Position numbers and translations under genes: made by a program
The notes under the pieces: model-generated
Told to the model about the DNA's origin: nothing
Database searches by the model: none
Seen by the model: the letters and a program-made list of their open reading frames with translations, nothing else
Part shown: positions 1-9,400 of the stretch, piece after piece
Layout: each line of letters begins with the position of its first letter
Numbering within the stretch: position 1 is the first letter of the stretch
Assembly (NCBI RefSeq): GCF_963921235.1
Contig: NC_086097.1
Coordinates: 193,566,001 to 193,630,000, forward strand
Origin: Mobula hypostoma
Lineage: Eukaryota
Direction: 5' to 3'
Length of the DNA stretch: 64,000 bases

Positions 1-59
1 TTCTGTCACTGTTGTAATGGCGCAATATATTTTTTCTGAAACTGATATCTTCGAACATG

Positions 60-176
60 ACTCTTCCTTCAGTTAGTCCTGACGAAGGGTCTCGGCCTGA
101 AACGTCGACTGCGCCTCTTCCTATAGATGCTGCCTGGCCTGCTGTGTTCACCAGCAACTTTGATGTGTGTTGCTTG
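60..176 (+). mobile_element. 117-bp Penelope-like element 3' tail (pLTR fragment) insertion
   Basis: Nearly identical to 2651-2764 of the larger Penelope-like copy. Flanked by a 12-bp TSD tcttcgaacatg (48-59 and 177-188). The paralogous core near 6150 shows the empty site (tatcttcgaacatggagcca). Confidence 0.88.
75..110 (+). ncRNA. Minimal type I hammerhead ribozyme motif
   Basis: AGTC-CTGACGA-AGG(GTCTCGG)CCT-GAAA-C-GTC-GACT contains the CUGANGA and GAAA core boxes, stem II AGG/CCT, stem I AGTC/GACT and a GUC cleavage triplet (104-106), with a palindromic ACGT in place of a full stem III. Such motifs are known in Penelope-like elements. Confidence 0.8.
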
Positions 177-245
177 TCTTCGAACATGGAGCCACTTTCT
201 TGAATTCTGTGAGATGCATTCTGGGCAGGATTCCCGTAGCGGATT

Positions 246-475
246 CTGACTAGCGAGAGTTCGGGAAACTGTGTTTGTGTCTGCTGGCTCCATGTTTAAC
301 TAGATCGTTCTGTCACAAGTGCGGAGCACTTGTGGACCCAAAAGCAGGACACAACACATTTTGTAGCATTAACCAGAATAGAGTTTATTAATTAGTACTA
401 GGAAAGCAGGGAAGCAAGGATTGTTCAGAGGGCGATCAAGGAGTGAGAAAAGCAGAAGCAGGAATAAGCATGGCT
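246..475 (-). mobile_element. Putative Ty3/Gypsy (sushi-like) LTR 3' end + leader + gag N-terminal remnant, present in each complete core (first copy shown)
   Basis: On the minus strand: AATAAA (384-389), a TTTTGGGTCC motif, terminal TGACA ending at 311, a 17-nt leader GAACGATCTAGTTAAAC, then ATG (293) encoding MEPADTNTVSRTLASQ. This matches from memory the TGACA-GAACGATCTGGCC-ATG-MDPAD layout of fish sushi-type elements. It has not been verified by a database search. Confidence 0.6.
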
Positions 476-1470
476 GGACTTGGAACCTGGAATTCGGAAC
501 TCAGGACCCGGACTTGGAACTCAGAACTTGGAACTTGGGACCCAAACTTGGACTTCGAACTTGGAACTCGGAACTTGGAACCTGGGATCCGAACTTGGGC
601 TCGAACTTGGATCTTGGGACCCGGACTTGGAACTCGGAACTTGGAACTTGCGACTCAGACATGGAACTCAGAACATGGAACTCGGAACCTGGATTCAGAA
701 CTTGAAACTTAGGACCCGGATTGGAACACGGGACCCGGACATGGAACTCGGAACATGGAACTCGAGACCAGGACTTGGTACTCGGGACCCGGATATGGAA
801 CTCGGAACATGAAACTCGGGAACCGGGCATGCAGCTCAGAACATGGAACTCGGGAGCGGGACCTGGAACTCAGGGCGCAGATTGGATCTCTGGATCCAGA
901 CTTGGAACTCAGAATGTGGAACTCGGGACCTGGACCTGGAACTCGGTACATGGAACTCGGGACCCAGACATGGAACTCGGGACACAGTCTCGGAACTCAG
1001 GACCCGGACTTGGAACTTGGAACTCGGGACCTGGACTTGCAACTTGGAACTTGGGACACGGATTTGGAACATGGAACTCGGGACCCAGAGTTGAAACTTG
1101 GAACTCGAGATCCGGAATTGGTCTTGGAATTCGGAACTCGGGACCCGGACCTGGAACTCGGGATCCGGACTTGGACTCGGAACATGGAACTGGAAAGTTG
1201 GAATTCGGGGCCCGGACTTGGAACTCGGGACCCGGACTTGGACTCGGAACTTGGAACTTGGAACTTGGAATTCGGAACCTGGTTTGGAACTCGCAACTTG
1301 GAACTCAGGACCCGGACCTGGAACTTGGAACGTGGAACTCGGGACCCCGGACACGGAACTCCGAACTTGGAAGTCAGTACCCGGACTTGGAAATTGGAAC
1401 TGGGGACATCAGAGCCTGGACATGGAACTCAGAACAACAGAGGCTGGACTTGGAACTCGGAATATCAGAG
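476..1470 (+). repeat. Representative micro/minisatellite tract of one unit (7-mer GGAACTT/GGAACTC, 20-mer GGAACTC-GGGACCC-GGACTT)
   Basis: Directly visible degenerate 6-7 bp periodicity. An equivalent tract of about 0.2-1.5 kb follows every core. Confidence 0.95.
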
Positions 1471-1975
1471 CCTCTACTTTTCTTAGACACAGGAAATGGA
1501 GAACTGAGCTGGGCCTCCTCCTTTGGTACAGAACATAGAGACTGGAATCTTCTTAGACACTACATGGGCTAACAACAAATTGACCTTTTGTAACAGTTGT
1601 AATTGCGCAATTTTTTTCCCTGTGAAAGTGATACCTTCGACCTTCGAGCCACTTTCTTGAATTCTGTGAGATGCATTCGGGGCAGGATTCCAGTAGCGGA
1701 TTTTGACTAGCGAGAGTTCGGGAAACTGTGTTTGTGTCTGCTGGCTCCATGTTTGACTAGATTGTTCTGTCACAAGTGCGGAGCACGGGTGGACCCAAAA
1801 GCAGGACACAACACATTTTGTAGCATTAACCAGAATAGAGTTTATTAATCAGTACTAGGAAAGCAGGGAAGCAAGGATTGTTCAGAGGGCGATCAAGGAG
1901 TGAGAAAAGCAGAAGCAGGAATAAGCGTAAACAACAGGAATTCTGCAGATGCTGGAAATTCAAGCAACACACATC

Positions 1976-2371
1976 AAACAGTCCTTCCAGGTGAGGCAAC
2001 ACTTCATCTGTGAGTCGACTGGGGTCCCCAAACAGTCCTTCCAGGTGAGGCAACACTTCACCTGTGAGTCGACTGGGGTGATATACTGTGTCCGGTGCTC
2101 CCGATGTGGCCTTTTATATATTGGCGAGACCCGACGCAGACTGGGAGACCGCTTTGCAGAACATCTACGCTCTGTCCGCCAGAGAAAGCAGGATCTCCCA
2201 GTGGCCACACATTTTAATTCCACATCCCATTCCCATTCTGACATGTCTATCCACGGCCTCCTCTACTGTAAAGATGAAGCCACACTCAGGTTGGAGGAAC
2301 AACACCTTATATTCTGTCTGGGTAGCCTCCAACCTGATGACATGAACATCAACTTCTCTAACTTCCGCTAA
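1976..2371 (+). pseudogene. Penelope-like element GIY-YIG endonuclease domain (C-terminal fragment; RT absent)
   Basis: Translation FTCESTGVIYCVRCSRCGLLYIGETRRRLGDRFAEH...VATHFNSTSH...RLEEQHLIF.LGSLQP..MNINF shows the VIY/YIG boxes, intervening CxxC, the R..EH motif and conserved H, E and N residues. The ATG at 1949 comes from the inverted tail, so the listed ORF is chimeric. Confidence 0.88.
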
Positions 2372-2665
2372 GGCCCCACCTCCCCCTCGTACCCCATCTG
2401 TTACTTATTTTTATGCACACATTCTTTCTCTCACTCTCTTTTTTCTCCCTCTGTCCCTCTGAATATATCTCTTGCCCATCCTCTGGGTCCCCCCCCCTTT
2501 GTCTTTCTTCCCGGACCTCCTGTCCCATGATCCTCTCGTATCCCCTTTTGCCTATCACCTTTCCAGCTCTTGGCTCTATCCCTCCCCCTCCTGTCTTCTC
2601 TTATCATTTTGGATCTCCCCCTCCCCCTCCAACTTTCAAATCCCTTACTCACTCTTCCTTCAGTT

Positions 2666-2701
2666 AGTCCTGACGAAGGGTCTCGGCCTGAAACGTCGAC
2701 T
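2666..2701 (+). ncRNA. Minimal type I hammerhead ribozyme motif (second copy)
   Basis: Sequence is identical to 75-110: CTGACGA at 2670-2676, GAAA at 2690-2693 and GTC at 2695-2697. Confidence 0.8.
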
Positions 2702-5700
2702 GCACCTCTTCCTACCGATGCTGCTTGGCCTGCTGCGTTCACCAGCAACTTTGATGTGTGTTGCAGGAATAAGTGTGGCTGAACTTGGACTTGGACTTGG
2801 AACTCAGAACTTGGAACTTGAGACCCAAACTTGGACTTCGAACTTGGGACCCGAACTTGGACTTCGAACTTGGAACTCGGGACCCGGACTTGGAACTCGG
2901 AACTTGGAACCTGGGATCCGAAATTGGGCTCGAACTTGGATCTCGGGACCCGGACTTGGAACTCGGAACTTGGAACTCGCGACCCAGACATGGAACTCAG
3001 AACATGGAACTCGGAACCTGGATTCAGAACTCGAAACTTAGGACCCGGATTGGAACTCGGGACCCGGACATGGAACTCGGAACATGGAACTCGCGACACA
3101 GTCTCGGAACTCGGGACCCGGACTTGGAACTTGGAACTCGGGACCTGGACTTGCAACTTGGAACTCGGGACGCAGATGTGGAACATGGAACTCGGGACCC
3201 AGACTTGAAACTTGGAACTCGAGATCCGGAGTTGGTCTTGGAACTCGGGACTCGGGACCCGGACCTGGAACTCGGAAACTGGAACTCGGGATCCGGATTT
3301 GGACTCGGAACATGGAACTGGAATGTTGGAATTCGGGACCCGGACTTGGACTCAGAACTTGGAACTCGCAACTTGGAACTCAGGACCTGGACCTGGAACT
3401 TGGAAAGTGGAACTCGGGACCCCGGACACGGAACTCCGAACTTGGAAGTCAGTACCCGGACTTGGAAATTGGAACTGGGGATATCAGAGCCTGGACATGG
3501 AACTCAGAACAACGGAGGCTGGACTTGGAACTTGGAATATCAGAGCCTCTACTTTTCTTAGACACAGGAAGTGGAAAACTGAGCTGGGCCTCCTCCTTTG
3601 GTACAGATCATAGAGACTGGAGTCTTCTTGGACACAGCACATGGGCTAACAACAAATTGACCTTTTGTAACTGTTGTAATTGCGCAATTTTTTTCCCTGT
3701 GAAAGTGATACCTTCAAACTTCGAGCCACTTTCTTGAATTCTGTGAGATGCATTCTGGGCAGGATTCCCGTAGCGGATTTTGACTAGTGAGAGTTCGGGA
3801 AACAGTGTTTGTGTCTGCTGGTTCTATGTTTGTCTAGATCGTTCTGTCAATTGGGGAGCATAGGTGGAACCAAAAGCAAGACACAAACGCGTTTTGTAGC
3901 GTTAGCAATAATAGAGTTTATTAATCATTACTAGTAGAGCGGTGAAGCCAGGATTGTTCAGAGGGAGATCAAGGAGTGAGCAAAGCAGAAGCAGGAATAA
4001 GTATGGCTACACTCAGACTTGGAATTGGAACCTGGAACTCGGAACTCGGGACCCGGACATGGAACTTGGACTCAGGACCTGGACTTGTTACTTGGAACTC
4101 GGAACCCTGACTTCTAACTTGGAATTCAGGACCTGGACATGGAACTTGGAACTCAGGACGCTGATTTGGAACCTAGAACTCGGAACAGTGATTTGGAACT
4201 TGGAACTCTAGACCCAGAATTGGACTTGGTACTTGGATCTCGGAACCCAGACTTGTAACTTGGAACTTGGAACTTGGAACTTGGGACCCCAACTTGGACA
4301 TGGAACTTGCAACTTGGGACCGGACCTGGAAATTGGAAAATCAGTACCTGGACTTGTAACTGGGAACTTCAGAGCCTGGATTTAGAACTCTGAACATCAG
4401 AGCCTGGACATGGAACTCGGGTCCCGGACCTGGAACTCTGAACTTGGAACTCTGGGCCAGGACTTGGAACACGGACGTTGGAACTATGGGACCCAGACCG
4501 TACTCGGATCTTGGAATTCCAGACCTGGACTTGGAACTCAAGACCCCGACTTGGAACTCAGGACCCCGACCTGGAATTGGGAACCTGGAACTCGGGACCC
4601 GGACCTGGAATTCGGAACTTGGAACTCAGGACCCGGACCTGGAACTGGGAACATGGAACTCGGGACCGGGACTTGGAACTCGGGACTCGGACTTGGAACT
4701 CCGGACCCGGACATGCAGACCGGAACATGGAACTCGGGACCGGGACTTGGAACTCGGGGTCCGGACATGGAGCTCGGAACGTGGAACTCGGGACCTGGAC
4801 CTGCAACTCGGTACATGGAACTTGGGACCCAGACATGGAACTCGGAACATGAAACTCATGGCACAGTCTCGGAACTCGGAAATTCGAACTTGGAACTTGG
4901 AATTCGGAACCCGACTTGGAACTCGCAACTTGGAACTCAGGACCTGGAGCTGGAACTTGGAACTTGGAACTCGGGACCCCGGACACAGAACTCAGAACTT
5001 GGAAATCGGTACCCGGACTTGGAAATTGGAACTGGGAACATCAGAGCCTGGACATGGAACTCAGAACAACAGAGGCTGGACTTGGAACTTGAAATATCAG
5101 AGCCTCTACTTTTCTAGACACAGGAAATGGAAAACTGAGCTGGGCCTCCTCATTTTGTACAGAACATAGAGCCTGGACTCTTCTTAGACACAGTACATGG
5201 GCTAACAACAAATTGACCTTCTGTAACTGCTGTAATTGCGCAATTTTTTTCCTGTGAAACTGATACCTTCGAACTTCGAGCCACTTTCTTGAATTCTGTG
5301 AGATGCATTTGGGGCAGGATTCCAGTAGCGGATTCTGACTAGCGAGAGTTCGGGAAACAGTGTTTGTGTCTGCTGGTTCTATGTATTGCCTAGATCATTC
5401 TTTCACAAGTGTGCAGCACAGGAGGACCCAAAAGCAGGACACAAACACGTTTTGTAGCGTTAGCAATAATAGAGTTTATTAATCGTTACCAGTAGAGTGG
5501 TGAAGCCAGGATTGTTCAGAGGGAGATCAAGGAGTGAGCAAAGCAGAAGCAGGAATAAGTATGGCTAGACTCAGACTTGGACTTGGAACCTGGAACTCGG
5601 AACTCGGGACCCGGACATGGAACTTGGAACTCGGGACCCGGACTTGGAACTTTGAATTTGGGACCTGGACTTGCAACTTGGAACTCGGGATGCGGATTTG

Positions 5701-6002
5701 GAACATGGAACTCGGGACCCAGACTTGAAACTTGGAACTCGAGATCTGGAATTGGACTTGGAACTCGGAACTCGGGACCCGGACTTGGACTCAGAACTTG
5801 GAACTGGAAAGTTGGAATTCAGGACCCGACTTGGAACTCGGAACGTGGAACTCAGGACCCGGACCTGGAACTTGATATGTGGAACCTGGGACTCCGGACA
5901 CGGAACTCGGAACTTGGAAGTCGGTACTGAAACTTGGAAATTGGAACTGGGAACATCAGAGCCTGGACATGGAACTCGTAACATCAGAGCCTGTACTCTT
6001 AT

Positions 6003-6452
6003 AGACACAGGATACGCAAAAATGAGCTCGGCCTCCTCCTCTGGTGCAGAACATAGAGCCGGTACTCTTTTTAGACATGGTGTGTGGGCTAACAACAAAT
6101 TGAACTTCTGTCACTGTTGTAATTGCGCAATTTATTTTTTCTGAAACTGATATCTTCGAACATGGAGCCACTTTCTTGAATTCTGTGAGATGCATTCTGG
6201 GCAGGATTCCCGTAGCGGATTCTGACTAGCGAGAGTTCGGGAAACTGTGTTTGTGTCTGCTGGCTCCATGTTTGACTAGATCGTTCTGTCACAAGTGCGG
6301 AGCACGGGTGGACCCAAAAGCAGGACACAACACATTTTGTAGCATTAACCAGAATAGAGTTTATTAATCAGTACGAGGAAAGCAGGGAAGCAAGGATTGT
6401 TCAGAGGGCGATCAAGGAGTGAGAAAAGCAGAAGCAGGAATAGGCATGGCTG
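6003..6452. repeat. Representative uninterrupted conserved core of the macrosatellite unit
   Basis: agacacagg...gctcggcctcctcc...gggctaacaacaaattga...aattgcgcaatt...gattctgactagcgagagttcggg...tgtcacaag...gagtttattaat...gaagcagg. This is colinear with all other cores. Confidence 0.93.
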
Positions 6453-9400
6453 GACTTGGACTTGGACTTGGACTTGGACTTGGAACTTGGAATTCGGAAC
6501 TCAGGACCCGGACTTGGAACTCAGAACTTGGAACTTGGGACCCAAACTTGGACTTTGAACTTGGGACCCGAACTTGGACTTCGAACTTGGAACTTGGGAC
6601 CCGGACTTGGAACTCGGAACTTGGAACCTGGGATCCGAACTTGGGCTCGAACTTGAATCTCAGGACCCGGACTTGGAACTCGGAACTTGGAACTTGCGAC
6701 CCAGACATGGAACTCAGAACATGGAATTCGGAACCTGGATTCAGAACTTGAAACTTAGGACCCGGATTGGAACTCGGAATTTGGAACTCTGGACCCGGAC
6801 ATGGAACTCGGAACATGGAACTTGCGACACAGTCTTGGAACTCGGGACCCGGACTTGGAACTTGGAACTCGGGAGCTGGACTTGCAACTTGGAACTCGGG
6901 ACATGGATTTGGAACATGGAACTCGGGACCCAGACTTGAAACTTGGAACTCGAGATCCGGAATTGGTCTTGGAACTCGGAAGTCGGGACCCGGACCTGGA
7001 ACTCGGAAACTGGAACTTGGGATCCGGACTTGGACTCGGAACATGGAATTGGAAAGTTGGAATTCGGGACCCAGACTTGGAACTCGGGACCCGGACTTGG
7101 ACTCGGAACTTGGAACTTGGAACTTGGAAGTCGGAACCTGGCTTGGAACTCGCAACTTGGAACTCAGGACCTGGACCTGGAACTTGGAACGTGGAACTCG
7201 GGACCCCGGACACGGAACTCCGAACTTGGAAGTTAGTACCCAGACTTGGAAATTGGAACTGGGGACATCAGAGCCTGGACATGGAACTCAGAACAACGGA
7301 GGCTGGACTTGGAACTCGGAATATCAGAGCCTCTACTTTTCTTAGACACAGGAAATGGAAAATTGAGCTGGGCCTCCTCCTTTGGTACAGAACTTAGAGA
7401 CTGGAGTCTTCTTAGACACAGCATATGGGCTAACAACAAATTGACCTTTTGTAACTGTTGTAATTGCACAATTTTTTTCCCTGTGAAAGTGATACCATCA
7501 AACTTCGAGCCACTTCCTTGAATTCTGTGAGATGCATTCGGGGCAGGATTCCAGTAGCAGATTTTGACTAGTGAGAGTTCGGGAAACAGTGTTTGTGTCT
7601 GCTGGTTCTATGTTTGTCTAGATCGTTCTGTCAATTGGGGAGCACAGGTGGACCCAAAAGCAAGACACAAACGCATTTTGTAGCGTTAGCGATAATAGAG
7701 TTTATTAATCGTTACCAGTAGAGCGGTGAAGCCAGGATTGTTCAGAGGGAGATCAAGGAGTGAGCAAAGCAGAAGCAGGAATAAGTATGGCTAGACTCAG
7801 ACTTGGAATTGGAACCTGGAACTCGGAACTCGGGACCCGGACATGGAACTTGGAACTTGCGACCTGGACTTGGAACTTGGAACTCCGTGCCCTGACTTGT
7901 AATTTGGAATTCGGGACCTGGACATGGAACTTGGAACTCGCGACGCTGATTTGGAACCTAGAACACGGAACAGTGACTTCGAACTTGGAACTCTAGACCC
8001 AGAATTGGACTTGGTACTTGGATCTCGGGATCCGGACTTGTAACTTGTAACTTGGAACTTGGGACCCCGACTTGGACATGGAACTTGCAACTTGGGACCG
8101 GACCTGGAAATTGGAAAATCAGTACCTGGACTTGTAACTGGGAACTTCAGAGCCTGGATTTAGAACTCTGAACATCAGAGCCTGGACATGGAACTCGGGT
8201 CCCGGACCTGGAACTCAGACCTTGGAACTCTGGGCCAGGACTTGGAACACGGACGTTGGAACTCGGGACCCAGACTTCGTACTCGGATCATGGAATTCTG
8301 GACCCGGACTTGGAACTCAAGACCCCGACCTGGAATTTGGAACCTGGAACTCGGGACCCCGACCTGGAATTCGGAACTTGGAACTCAGGACCCGGACCTG
8401 GAACTGGGAACATGGAACTCGGGACCCGGACATGGAACTCAGGATCGAAACTTGGAACTTGGAACTCAGGACCCAGACTTGCAACTTGGAACTCAAGACT
8501 CGAAATTAGAGTTGGAGCTCGGAACTCGGAACTTGGAACTTGGATCTTGGAATTCGGGACCAGCACTTGGAACTCGGGACCTAGACCTGGAACTCCGATC
8601 TTGGAATTCGGGACCCGGACTTCTAAATCGGGACCCAACTTGGAACTCAGAACTTGGAAGTCGGTACCTGTACTTGAGACTTGGAACCGGGAACATCAGA
8701 GCCTGGACATGGACCTCAGAACATCAGAGGCTGGAATTGGAGCTTGGAACATCAGAGCTTGTACTTTTATAGACACAGGATATGCAAAACTGAGCTGGGC
8801 CTCCTCGTTTGGTGCAGAACATAGAGCTGGTACTCTTCTTAGACACAGTACATGGGCTAACAACAAATTGAACTTCTGTAACTGTTGTAATTGCGCAATT
8901 TGTTTTTTCTGAAACTGATATCTTCGAACACAGAGCCACTTTCTTGAATTCTGGAGATGCATTCTTGGCAGGATTCCCGTAGCGGATTCTGACTAGCGAG
9001 AGTTCGGGAACCAGTCTTTGTGTCTGCTGGTTCAATGTTTGACTAGATCGTTCTGTCACAAGTGCGGAGCACGGGTGGACCCAAAAGCAGGACACAACAC
9101 ATTTGTAGCATTAACCAGAATACAGTTTATTAATTAGTACTAGGAAAGCATGGAAGCAAGGATTGTTCAGAGGGCGATCAAGGAGTGAGCAAACCAGAAG
9201 CAGGAATAGGCGTGGCTAGACTTGGACTTAGACTTGGAACCTGGAATTTGGAACTCAGGACCCGGACTTGGAACTCAGAACTTGGAACTTGGGACGCAAA
9301 CTTGGAACTCGAGACCCGGACTTGGAACTCGGAACTTGGAACTTGGGACCCGAACTTGGGCTTCGAACTTGGAATTCGGGACCCGGACTTGGAACTCGGA

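Larger units (their letters stand above)
1929..2762 (+). mobile_element. 5'-truncated Penelope-like retroelement with inverted terminal segment
   Basis: Contains a GIY-YIG endonuclease C-terminus, a pyrimidine-rich 3' UTR and a hammerhead-bearing tail. gcaacacacatcaaa (1964-1978) is the reverse complement of tttgatgtgtgttgc (2750-2764). The TSD is gcaggaataagYgt (1915-1928 and 2763-2776, one mismatch). Confidence 0.9.

Noticed and set aside
69..293. MEPAD... minus-strand ORFs as functional genes
   Set aside because: Only about the first 16 codons look Gag-like. The ATG is ATA in many copies and the downstream frames differ. Treated as a remnant.
476..1470. Telomeric repeat or tRNA/5S/snRNA gene array
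   Set aside because: There are no TTAGGG runs. I recognised no cloverleaf, 5S or snRNA sequence and no convincing paired Pol III A/B boxes in the core.
1513..1526. Minus-strand AAAGGAGGAGG as a polypurine tract, or TGTTAGCCC as the LTR 5' end
   Set aside because: The purine run is not immediately followed by a TG terminus, and the TGTTA candidate has no polypurine tract before it. The LTR 5' boundary cannot be fixed from this window.
1949..2371. 140-aa ORF as a host GIY-YIG nuclease gene
   Set aside because: It lies within a TSD-flanked Penelope-like insertion, and its start codon derives from the inverted tail.
3540..3737. Cys-rich core peptide (...LSWASSFG...WANNKLTFCNCCNCAIFF) resembling a metallothionein or toxin-like gene family
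   Set aside because: The cysteines come from a tgt/tgt-tgt-aat microrepeat. The following T run varies freely in length and shifts frame between copies, and there is no consistent start codon or splice pattern.
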